In this document: positions 7,987 to 16,683 of the stretch, piece after piece
Position numbering within the stretch: the stretch's first letter is position 1
How the letters are laid out: every line of letters begins with the position of its first letter
IMG/VR virus record: IMGVR_UViG_3300029305_005280
Origin: a virus
Taxonomy: Duplodnaviria; Caudoviricetes
Strand: one strand, 5' to 3'
Length of the DNA: 64,000 nucleotides
Program-made: the position numbers and the translations under genes
Notes under the pieces: generated by a model
Database searches by the model: none
The model's input: the letters and a program-made list of their open reading frames with translations, nothing else
Told to the model about the DNA's origin: nothing

Positions 7987-8136
7987 ATTTACGATGCAGT
8001 CATATCAGTTACTTCGTTGCATTGGGTGCCTGGTGTCATTGGTTCGAGTCCAATATTCCCGCCCATTTATGCGGGAATTAGCTCAGTCGGTAGAGCACAG
8101 TAGAAATTATTAGCTGATATATTTATTCTCGTAAAT
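7987..8136 (+). ncRNA. Y-RNA-like unit 4 (YrlA-type circularly permuted tRNA with a Pro-UGG-like loop)
   Basis: Stem ATTTACGA/TCGTAAAT, TGCAG, ATATCAG/CTGATAT, TTACTTC; T arm ATTGG-TTCGAGT-CCAAT, acceptor ATTCCCGC/GCGGGAAT, D arm TAGCTCAGTCGGTAGAGCA. Confidence 0.87.
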
Positions 8137-8153
8137 TTTTAATTTGATGTTAT

Positions 8154-8274
8154 AGCTGAAGCAGACTACAGAGTTACTTCAAATACATAGTACTAATGTT
8201 ATATTATATAAAAGAACAAAATATGTTAGCCGTGAGCTTACATAGATAAACACTCTGTAACTTAATTCTCAGCT
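8154..8274 (+). ncRNA. Y-RNA-like unit 5 (AU-rich insert, no clear tRNA arm)
   Basis: Stem AGCTGA/TCAGCT, AGCAG, TACAGAG/CTCTGTA, TTACTTC, AATTCTC. Confidence 0.75.
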
Positions 8275-8280
8275 TTATTT

Positions 8281-8357
8281 GCGGGATTGGTGTTTAATGG
8301 TTAGCATCTCAGTCTTCCAAACTGATGGTGAGGGTTCGAGTCCCTTATCCCGCTCCA
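8281..8357 (+). tRNA. tRNA-Gly(TCC)
   Basis: TCAGT-CTTCCAA-ACTGA, GCGGGAT/ATCCCGC acceptor stem, TCCA end. Confidence 0.97.
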
Positions 8358-8593
8358 GCCTCCATTCCGCTCTTGCGGGATAAAATATAGAGTATAAGTA
8401 GCGCTTATTTGCGAGCAGTTTATGCTCTATAAAAGTTAAAAATTTCGCCCTTGTTGTGGTGACAGGACAAATAAACAATATTGTGTCATGTTTTCATGAT
8501 TCCTCCTTCCTTTCCATATAATAATGCACCTCCTTTTAATATATCGTTGACACAAGGCGGATTAAACATACATAGACAACTTGAGGATAAGAA

Positions 8594-9148
8594 ATGCAAA
8601 AAGTAATTGTAACAGATATGGATGATGTTCTTGTTAATTTACTAGAACATTGGCTTGAATATCTTAATATTCGATATAATTGTAGGGTAGAATGTGAAGA
8701 TGTAGTTGAATGGGATATGTCAAAAGCATATCCAATGCTGACACCCGAACAACTTTATGGTGCTCTTAGTGATGAAGAACTGTGGAAAACAGTTACTCCT
8801 AAAGAAGATGCAATCAAATATCTTACACAATTGCATGACGAGGGTTATAAAATACTTGTTGCTACCGCAGCAAGCTACAATACGATAAAAACAAAACTTG
8901 TTAATGCACTATTTCCTTATTTCAAGTTTTTAACATATAAAGACATAATCATGATTCATGATAAGCATCTATTAAAATGTGATATTATTGTTGATGATTA
9001 TCATGAAAATCTTAAAGGTAGCGATGCAATAAAGATACTCGTTACCGCACCTTATAATCAACATTGTGACAAGATGATATATGATTTCCGTGTTAATGGT
9101 TGGAAAGAAATATATCAAATTATTCATGAATTGGAGAATGTACATTGA
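8594..9148 (+). CDS. 5'(3')-deoxyribonucleotidase (NT5C, HAD family)
   Basis: DMDDVL HAD motif I, VATA motif II, K..L..DIIVDD. Confidence 0.85.
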   Translation: MQKVIVTDMDDVLVNLLEHWLEYLNIRYNCRVECEDVVEWDMSKAYPMLTPEQLYGALSDEELWKTVTPKEDAIKYLTQLHDEGYKILVATAASYNTIKTKLVNALFPYFKFLTYKDIIMIHDKHLLKCDIIVDDYHENLKGSDAIKILVTAPYNQHCDKMIYDFRVNGWKEIYQIIHELENVH

Positions 9149-9375
9149 ATAGAATTCGTATCAGATTAGATACACAAACAGATGTTCTCAATCTTGTAAA
9201 TATTGCAAGTTCTCTTGGTGAAGATGTTAAAATCTATCTTGAGGATAATGAAGGACATGTTGCTAATGCTAAGTCATTGATGGGCTGTATGTATGGTAAA
9301 GTTGAATTTAAAGAACCTTATCTACGTAGTGAGTACTCAATGCTTAGTGACAAATTTAGAGATTTTCTTGTTTGA
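9145..9375 (+). CDS. HPr-like protein
   Basis: 76 aa; ANAKSLMG matches the HPr Ser46 motif; no His15 motif. Confidence 0.65.
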   Translation: MNRIRIRLDTQTDVLNLVNIASSLGEDVKIYLEDNEGHVANAKSLMGCMYGKVEFKEPYLRSEYSMLSDKFRDFLV

Positions 9376-9396
9376 CATAATCAACTTTCCTAGATA

Positions 9397-9430
9397 AAAA
9401 GCACCGATTTTCGTCGGTGCTTTTTATTTT
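9397..9430 (+). terminator. Rho-independent terminator
   Basis: AAAAGCACCGA-TTTTCG-TCGGTGCTTTTT. Confidence 0.85.
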
Positions 9431-9645
9431 TAGTTGAAATATATTGACAGTTAATATATAATATGATTGTAAAGAGAGATAGGAAGGTTGATAAAAATTG
9501 AATATGTTGAAGTTCTATCTTATTTTTGCAAAGTTGTATCCATTGGAAATCCATTTAAAGAATCAAAGTAAGGTATTTATACCTCAAACAACTAAACTCC
9601 TTGCACAGCCTAAGCAAACTAATGATAAAGGAAGGTAATCAAAAA

Positions 9646-9903
9646 ATGAAGAGAGCAAGAGGATTAGAAGTATTAGAAAATGTTTCACACAAAGGCTTGT
9701 ATAGTGTACTGATTTTCTATAAATCTCCTATAACCAATGAGATTGAAGAAAGGCACATGTATGCAGATGCAAATGCTGAATGCATTCAAATTGCAGAAAA
9801 ATGGTTAGCTGAATATTGTAACCTTGATATTCCTTGCATAATATATCTTAACGGCGGTATTTATCTAATGCATAAACACGATATGATTGAATTTGAAGAA
9901 TAA
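9646..9903 (+). CDS. Hypothetical protein
   Basis: GGAAGGT SD, followed by a terminator. Confidence 0.7.
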   Translation: MKRARGLEVLENVSHKGLYSVLIFYKSPITNEIEERHMYADANAECIQIAEKWLAEYCNLDIPCIIYLNGGIYLMHKHDMIEFEE

Positions 9904-10157
9904 AAAAAAGCAGGAATAAACATCCCTGCTTAAAAATCTATATATAATATAAACTAATAATATTATTATAATTATTAAATATAATAATACTTATATTACT
10001 TAGCCCCTTAATTAAATATAGTTGTTCATACAATTAAAAATTCCTGAAATCTAAGGAAATTATAAAAACTTTTAAAAAAAATTTAATTGATAGTTGAAAT
10101 AAAGTAACTATCAATATATAATATGTATGTAAAATAAATTAAAGGAAGGTTTTATTT

Positions 10158-11123
10158 ATGGCACACGAAGTAGAAAACATTATGTATGTAAGCAATGAGG
10201 AAAATGGACGATTTGTTCCCTGGCACGGTTTAGGAACAGCAGTAGCAGAAGCACCTACCTCTGCAGAGGCAATTAAACTTGCAGGCCTTGATTGGGTAGT
10301 TGAATCTAAACCTGTATTTACTGACAGTGGAATTGAAATTCCTAACTATAAAGCAAATATTAGAGACATTGACCAAAAGGTTCTTGGTGTTGTTTCAAAT
10401 CGTTATCAGGTTGTACAAAATAAAGATGCATTTGACTTTACAGATGCTCTTATTGGAGAAGGGTGCCGATATGAAACAGCTGGTTCTCTTTGTGGTGGAA
10501 AAAGAATTTTCTTGCTTGCGAGAATGCCTGAATCAAAAATCTTAGATGACAGTTTTGAAAATTATATCTGTTTTACTAATAGTCACGATGGATTTTCTTC
10601 CATTAAAGCAGTTATGACTCCTGTAAGAGTTGTATGCCAGAATACATTAAGTCTTGCTCTTAGCAGTGCAAAGAGACAGTGGTCTACAAAACACATTGGT
10701 AATCTTGATAGTAAACTTGCAGAAGCAAGACATACTCTTGAACTTGCTAATGATTATATGACTGAATTTGGAAAAGCAGCAGATATTCTTGCTCATACTA
10801 AAGTTACTGATGCAGAAGTTGAAGCAATCCTCGATGAGTTGTTTCCTGTGAAAGAAGAAGATAGTGACCGTCGTAAAAGAAATATTCAGGAAGTTAAGGA
10901 CCAGTTTATGGTTTGTATGCTTGCTCCAGATATTCTTAAGTTTAAAGGTACTGCTTGGTCTGCAGTAAATGCAGCAAGTGACTGGGCAACACATACAGCC
11001 CCAAAGAGAATGACAGATAACTATCAGGAAAATAATTTTAATAGAGTACTTGATGGTCATATTGTTATTGATACTTTCTTCCAGAAGCTGATGGAAAAAG
11101 CAACAAGTAAAGTTATTGTTTAG
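10158..11123 (+). CDS. DUF932/DUF945 family protein (phage/plasmid-like TIGR03299)
   Basis: PWHGLG, AGLDW, YETAGSL.GG, NSHDG, TPVRVVCQNTL motifs. Confidence 0.88.
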   Translation: MAHEVENIMYVSNEENGRFVPWHGLGTAVAEAPTSAEAIKLAGLDWVVESKPVFTDSGIEIPNYKANIRDIDQKVLGVVSNRYQVVQNKDAFDFTDALIGEGCRYETAGSLCGGKRIFLLARMPESKILDDSFENYICFTNSHDGFSSIKAVMTPVRVVCQNTLSLALSSAKRQWSTKHIGNLDSKLAEARHTLELANDYMTEFGKAADILAHTKVTDAEVEAILDELFPVKEEDSDRRKRNIQEVKDQFMVCMLAPDILKFKGTAWSAVNAASDWATHTAPKRMTDNYQENNFNRVLDGHIVIDTFFQKLMEKATSKVIV

Positions 11124-11211
11124 TTGATAAATCAGTACACTTCTCATATAATATAAGTGTAAAATAAATATATGGGAAGTGTATTTCCATATCAAAGGAA
11201 GGTTGTTAAGT

Positions 11212-11766
11212 ATGAAAGCATTAGAAAGAGATGTTATTCTGAATGAAGCAAAAGAGGTTAAAAATGGTTGTATTACAAGAATTTGTTACAAAACTGAGCT
11301 TCCAGTTAAAGCAGAATTCAAGCATCAAGGCTACAAGGTATACAAGGTGGTTGAGACCTCTGCCCGATTGGGTGTTAACTATCATAAGATTGCCAGTGTA
11401 ATTGCACGGAAAGCTGAAGAAGGGCTGAAAGAAACCCTACAAAGAGCTAATAACTATGAATGGGTACTGGCTAACAAAGTTCGTCACAATACCAACACCG
11501 GAAAAGATTACTTGTATGTTGCATCTTTTAACAAAGGGCATCACACTAAATCATATTTTGTAGTTTGCGGCCCCGATACAACAGCAGAATGGTTAACCAC
11601 AGAAGATTTTATTGATGCTTACAAAGGTATCTTGATTCCTTCTTACTGGAGCAATCGTGGCCAGGGTGGAAGCGAAGTTAAGAATATTTCATTTGAAAAT
11701 ATCTATCGTATCGGTGGTAGTGGTGAAAAGATTGACACTCTATATCAACATGCCAGCCAGTTTTAA
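11212..11766 (+). CDS. Hypothetical protein
   Basis: Promoter at 11121 and GGAAGG SD. Confidence 0.75.
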   Translation: MKALERDVILNEAKEVKNGCITRICYKTELPVKAEFKHQGYKVYKVVETSARLGVNYHKIASVIARKAEEGLKETLQRANNYEWVLANKVRHNTNTGKDYLYVASFNKGHHTKSYFVVCGPDTTAEWLTTEDFIDAYKGILIPSYWSNRGQGGSEVKNISFENIYRIGGSGEKIDTLYQHASQF

Positions 11767-12051
11767 CACAGCTATTGTATATAATATTTGTTGAACACAT
11801 TTATATTGTCGAGCGTGGTTAGCGCTACGCTCGATTTTATAATATATAAACTAAGATAAAATCAAATCTAATGTCTTAGTTTAACATTAGACTACAACTG
11901 AGCAAAAAGCTCAACATTGAATTAAACACAATAGAAAGAAGCGGAGGTACTATTTTAACATAACTAGCGATAGCGAAGAGTACACACAATCGTCTATCGG
12001 CAAAAATAATATGATGGTTAGTTGCTCTTCTTAAATCGAAGGGAGTAAGTA

Positions 12052-12807
12052 ATGAATATTATTTTTAAGATACTAAGATATCTTAAGAAGTACAGCAATC
12101 TAATAAAAATCATTGTTGTTGGACTACTTGTGGTTGTTTGCATTTTGCAGGCTATACAAGTAAACAACTATAAATCTTCATACCAAGAAGAATTGAATTT
12201 GGGTTCAACAATCAAAACAGAACTTGATTCAATAAAACAACAGAATAGTGAGTTAAAAACTCAATTATCTGAATATGAACAAATCATATCAGAGAAGGAC
12301 AACCAAATCCAACAGCTTCAAAAAGATGTTCAAGAGCTTGAGGACACTGCTGCAAAATTAGCAACAGCTGTTAAGACAGGAAAAGTTGAAGCTGACGGTA
12401 ACTACAATCAAGCCCAGAAGGTATGGAATTATTTAAGAGACCTTGGTCTTAATGAATATGTCTGTGCTGGTATTGTTGGTAATATAATGGCAGAAGTTGG
12501 TGGTCAAACACTTGATATTTCAAGGTGGCCTCAATACAGTCAAGGCACATATTACGGAATATGTCAATGGGCCGGAAGTAGGAAGAACAGACTTCTAAAT
12601 GATTTTGGCACAACACTTGAAGACCAAATCAGGTTTTTATCTGTTGAATTGTTTGAAGTAATTCCGAAAGATAATTCTTTCTATAATATGCAAGATGAAC
12701 AAGAAGCAGCATTATATTTTGCAAAATATTATGAGAGATGTAGTTCAAAGTATTATAGTGTAAGACAGAAAAATGCGACAAAAGCATTAGACTATTTTAC
12801 AAGATAG
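12052..12807 (+). CDS. Membrane-anchored coiled-coil protein with a phage tail lysozyme-like domain
   Basis: N-terminal TM, heptad coiled coil, AGIVGNIMAE / YGICQW / FAKYYER motifs. Confidence 0.8.
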   Translation: MNIIFKILRYLKKYSNLIKIIVVGLLVVVCILQAIQVNNYKSSYQEELNLGSTIKTELDSIKQQNSELKTQLSEYEQIISEKDNQIQQLQKDVQELEDTAAKLATAVKTGKVEADGNYNQAQKVWNYLRDLGLNEYVCAGIVGNIMAEVGGQTLDISRWPQYSQGTYYGICQWAGSRKNRLLNDFGTTLEDQIRFLSVELFEVIPKDNSFYNMQDEQEAALYFAKYYERCSSKYYSVRQKNATKALDYFTR

Positions 12808-13161
12808 TACTTAAGAGAAAATATGTTGAATTAAAAATAATAAACATATCAAAGAAAATAGTACTTAAGATTTAACCTATGTAGTTTAATGAAAGTAAAA
12901 AATTTGAATAGATTTAGCTAGTTATATGAAAATGAGCAGGAGTTTATCTTCTGCTCATTTTTCTTTTTAGTTGTAATATTCCATCTTATAATATATAATT
13001 ATGTTGTAATAAGAAGGAGGTCAAATGTCATATGATGGTAAAAAATATCGTCACGGATGATGTGTTCACTGTTTGTGGTACACTTGGTGATGCATACATA
13101 ATTTGTTATTATGGAGACATGATGGCAGTAACATTAGGAACAGTGTGGAAGGAGCATTGTA

Positions 13162-13374
13162 ATGAAATGTCCTAACTATATCAAAGAAGCGTTGAGGCAA
13201 AGAGCTAATCATGCAGACAGATTTACTGAACTAGATATAATGATTGCTGAATGGCTTGAAAAACATGATTTGATTCATCTTGTTGAGGATTATGATATCC
13301 ACGGTGGATGTGAATCATATGTAAATCCCAGCAATTCATCGGCTAGAATTTTAGAGGTGATTGAAAATGCTTGA
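13162..13374 (+). CDS. Hypothetical protein
   Basis: AAGGAG SD; part of a coupled operon. Confidence 0.7.
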   Translation: MKCPNYIKEALRQRANHADRFTELDIMIAEWLEKHDLIHLVEDYDIHGGCESYVNPSNSSARILEVIENA

Positions 13375-13972
13375 TAAGAAACATGATTGGCCTCAGTTCG
13401 TTGTTGCTTGGAGAACTAAGAACGGTCGTAATCAGTGGGAAGCTGTATCTAGAGAAAAGTTTGGGCCTTTTATATATTGGCTTGAGACAGAAAAGAAAGT
13501 TCCTAGGGCAAGTATACACTTCCATCAGTTAACAATTGCACATTGGCTGTATCCTGAATTGCACAAAGGATGTAAAACTGTTTGGTTGAAAGACATATAT
13601 ACTGAGATATTTGGTGACAAAGAAGGTACTTATATTCCGCCGCAAGTGCAACCCGTCAAAAAAGAAAAAGATACATCTCCAAACTATGGTTATATATCTC
13701 CTGAGGGAGAATATTACAAATGTGCTTATGGAGGTCATCGAGAACTTGAAGATGAGCTTGTTGGTAAGATGAATAGATACAACAACGCTCAAAAGATACT
13801 TTTTGATGCTGGATGGTTATGTATTTATCATGACCCGTTTGCTCATGGTAGTTATGCTATCATGATGGGAAATAAAAAAGAAATGACGGACAGACAATTA
13901 AAGTGTCTTGAAAGATTAAATGTACCTAGCACCTGTAGAGGTTTTGCGGAACACCTTGGAGGGGAATATTGA
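13367..13972 (+). CDS. Hypothetical protein (GYISPEGEYY.C...GH motif)
   Basis: GAGGTG SD, intact ORF. Confidence 0.75.
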   Translation: MLDKKHDWPQFVVAWRTKNGRNQWEAVSREKFGPFIYWLETEKKVPRASIHFHQLTIAHWLYPELHKGCKTVWLKDIYTEIFGDKEGTYIPPQVQPVKKEKDTSPNYGYISPEGEYYKCAYGGHRELEDELVGKMNRYNNAQKILFDAGWLCIYHDPFAHGSYAIMMGNKKEMTDRQLKCLERLNVPSTCRGFAEHLGGEY

Positions 13973-14064
13973 TGGAAGCAGTATGTGAATGTATATCGAA
14001 TCTAGCGTGTATAGGACTCATAGCTTGGATAGCTTATTTGATGTTAAGATAAAGGAGAATTAAA

Positions 14065-14499
14065 ATGTCTAAAAGATATGCTTGGTCACGAAAAAGTGAT
14101 GATGAGATTTGGAGGGGTGGTCCTTGTGACTCTATCAAAGAATGTGTTGAAGAAGCACTTGCAGAGGATTATGAGCTTGATGATAAGATTGCAATAGGAT
14201 ATGTTGTTGATTATAAAATAGACCATGATTTTGCTGATGATATTGTTTATCGATTATGTGAAGATGCATTTGATGAGGTTGGAGAAGCATCTGATGGATG
14301 GCTCGATGGTGCTAAAAAAGAAGAACTTGAAATACTTAATAATAGAGTTATGGAAGTGGTAAAGCAATGGCTCAAAGAAGTAAATGAGGAACCTACTTTC
14401 TTTAAAATCGAGCCCTTTGAATTCTGTACATTGAAAGAAGCACTTAGATTAAATAAAGATAATCCGAAAGGTGGAAAAATAGTAAATAAAGATGATTGA
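14065..14499 (+). CDS. Hypothetical acidic phage protein
   Basis: AAGGAG SD. Confidence 0.75.
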   Translation: MSKRYAWSRKSDDEIWRGGPCDSIKECVEEALAEDYELDDKIAIGYVVDYKIDHDFADDIVYRLCEDAFDEVGEASDGWLDGAKKEELEILNNRVMEVVKQWLKEVNEEPTFFKIEPFEFCTLKEALRLNKDNPKGGKIVNKDD

Positions 14500-14722
14500 A
14501 ATTGTTGGAATCTTTGCAAGTTTATTTGTACTTGCATCACTACTATTTAAAACAAATACATATAAAGGAGCTCTTACTTTAAGAGTACTCAATACTGTGG
14601 GCAGTATTTTATTTATTATCTACGGTTTTTGTTTATCTGCTTACAGCACCGCATTCCTTAACATTGCAGCAGTGGGCATCAATGTGTATCAAGCAGTAAT
14701 TTTGAAGAGGCAATATAGATGA
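14492..14722 (+). CDS. Small multi-TM membrane protein (YgjV-like)
   Basis: Three hydrophobic helices; LRVLNTVGSILFIIYG motif. Confidence 0.6.
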   Translation: MIEIVGIFASLFVLASLLFKTNTYKGALTLRVLNTVGSILFIIYGFCLSAYSTAFLNIAAVGINVYQAVILKRQYR

Positions 14723-14952
14723 CACAAACAGAATTAAGACAGAAATTATCAACAGAAGTTGATATGTTAAAAGGTAATATTGCAAGGATATGTGTTACGG
14801 ATGATTTCAATGAACTTGAACGTATGGTGTATTTTGCAATGAGAAGAATACATACCATTGAAGATACAAAACGAGAAATGATGCTCATTGAAAAATATGG
14901 TCCAGATTATATCAATAACACAATGAAATTGATTGATGCATTACCTTTATAA
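14719..14952 (+). CDS. Hypothetical protein
   Basis: ATGA overlap with the upstream gene. Confidence 0.7.
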   Translation: MTQTELRQKLSTEVDMLKGNIARICVTDDFNELERMVYFAMRRIHTIEDTKREMMLIEKYGPDYINNTMKLIDALPL

Positions 14953-14975
14953 ATAAATGATGAAAGAGGAATAAG

Positions 14976-15683
14976 ATGGGAATATCAGTTAAACTTACAA
15001 GAATTACAGGTGACCCAATTCTTGCTATTGAGGAAGCCGCAAGTAATTGCTATGACACTGTACCAACCGGTGATGGAAAGATTATGAAGCATTGCATTAA
15101 ATCAGGACACACAAGTGTTACTGAATTTTGTGACCTAACTTTCCATATTGAGGGAGTTAGTCGAGCATTAAGTCACCAACTAGTGAGACATAGAATTGCT
15201 AGTTATGCACAACGCTCTCAGAGATACTGTAGTGAGGATGGTTTTAACTACGTAACACCTTATACAATCAAAAGCAACGAAGCTGCAATTGTAATATATG
15301 AAAAGATTATGAAAGACCTTGCATTTAACTATAAGCTTCTTCAAGAGCTCGGCATTCCAAATGAAGATGCCAGAATGATTCTTCCTAATGCTTGTGAAAC
15401 ACAGCTTGAGGTTAAGATGAATCTTAGAACATTTATGAATTTTATGAATGAAAGGCTTTGTAGTTGTGCTCAGTGGGAAATTAGATTACTTGCTCAGATG
15501 ATGAGAAGTTTAGTTATTAAAGAAGTCCCCGAACTTGAACCTTATCTTGTTCCTAAGTGTGAAAAGAATGGTAAAGAGTTTGGTGCTTGTAATGAATCTA
15601 AATCTCGCAGTTGTGGTAAGCACCCAAGATTAGAAGAAATATTTGAAGATTATCATAACTACAAAGATATGTGTGAAAGCTGA
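14976..15683 (+). CDS. thyX: FAD-dependent thymidylate synthase
   Basis: GHTSVTE, SRALSHQLVRHRIASYAQRSQRY, EDARMILP, AQWEIR motifs. Confidence 0.96.
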   Translation: MGISVKLTRITGDPILAIEEAASNCYDTVPTGDGKIMKHCIKSGHTSVTEFCDLTFHIEGVSRALSHQLVRHRIASYAQRSQRYCSEDGFNYVTPYTIKSNEAAIVIYEKIMKDLAFNYKLLQELGIPNEDARMILPNACETQLEVKMNLRTFMNFMNERLCSCAQWEIRLLAQMMRSLVIKEVPELEPYLVPKCEKNGKEFGACNESKSRSCGKHPRLEEIFEDYHNYKDMCES

Positions 15684-15928
15684 TGGCGGATAAGATATAT
15701 CTATATGGTGCTCGAGATATTACAACGGGCAAGTTAGTCTCTGATATTACCAACCCAAGAAGAAAATACTGGGACCGAAAAGGTAATGCACAAAGTGCTA
15801 TTGACTACTATAATAGAACTTGTGCTAATAGACCGCGGAACCTTGGTTATGGTAATAAAGGAGTGCACGGGACTATTGAATTAGTTACATTTGAACTTGT
15901 GGAGGTTAAAAATGAAAGTAACAATTGA
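15683..15928 (+). CDS. Hypothetical protein
   Basis: TGATG coupling to thyX. Confidence 0.7.
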   Translation: MADKIYLYGARDITTGKLVSDITNPRRKYWDRKGNAQSAIDYYNRTCANRPRNLGYGNKGVHGTIELVTFELVEVKNESNN

Positions 15929-16481
15929 AATGGACAATCTTCAAGGTATTATTGAGGATGCTGCAAAGCAGAATACCAAGGAAGTAATTGAAGACTGGGT
16001 AAAAGAAAGAGCCCAATCAATCTTAGATAGAGATTATAAAGACATTATCAACGAAGTAGTTACTGCTAAGATAAAAGAATATATTACTACATATATTGAT
16101 TGTTATCAGATTTCTGTCGGCGGGGGACTTGATGGTACTCCCATTCAGTATTACACTCCAAGAGAGTATATCAATAAGATTATTACTGACACTTTCCGTG
16201 ATAAGAAACTTACTACTTATGTAGAGCGTAGTTATGGTGGTAGAGACAAGAAAGAAGTAACTTTCGAAGAATTTATCAAAGAACATCTTAATCCCACATA
16301 TGAAATTCAGCATCATATGGAAGCACTTGGAAAAAGTGTTAAGAATGAGGTTAGTGCTTTACTTAAGAAGGAATATGATAAATCATTACAGAATGCTCTG
16401 TCCGGTGTTATTATGGATGTTATCATGGAAAATGAGGCATTTAAAAATGTCAATGATAACATCAAACGCTTGGGTGATTGA
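15912..16481 (+). CDS. Hypothetical protein
   Basis: GGAGG SD, intact ORF. Confidence 0.75.
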   Translation: MKVTIEMDNLQGIIEDAAKQNTKEVIEDWVKERAQSILDRDYKDIINEVVTAKIKEYITTYIDCYQISVGGGLDGTPIQYYTPREYINKIITDTFRDKKLTTYVERSYGGRDKKEVTFEEFIKEHLNPTYEIQHHMEALGKSVKNEVSALLKKEYDKSLQNALSGVIMDVIMENEAFKNVNDNIKRLGD

Positions 16482-16683
16482 TTATGCAGGGTGAATTGTT
16501 GCATGATTACAAGTCTTGTGGGTATTGTGTACAAACTTGCTATGAGTGGGACACAGGATATGCAGAGTATGGATGCACACTAGGAGATAACAATCCTGAT
16601 AAGAATGAGTGTGTTGAGGCAGTATGCCCACTTGATTGTAGATATAAAGTGGAAGAATAAACAAATTCAAAAGGTGATAACGT

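Noticed and set aside
7839-8100. Calling units 3 and 4 ordinary tRNA-Asn / tRNA-Pro / tRNA-Gly genes
   Set aside because: The arm order is permuted (T arm before D arm) and the acceptor stem is closed by a loop, all inside the Y-like scaffold.
8222-8244. His-GUG anticodon loop in unit 5 (AG-CCGTGAG-CT)
   Set aside because: It lacks U33 and folds equally well as a 5-nt-loop hairpin; too weak to claim.
7552-8274. CRISPR array interpretation of the repeated GCAG/TTACTTC/ATTCTC units
   Set aside because: The repeats are short discontinuous motifs with covarying stems and 100-170 nt units, not identical 25-40 nt direct repeats; no cas genes are present.
11960-12030. c-di-GMP-I riboswitch suggested by GGCAAA
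   Set aside because: The GNRA/receptor hairpins and second conserved stem are not present.
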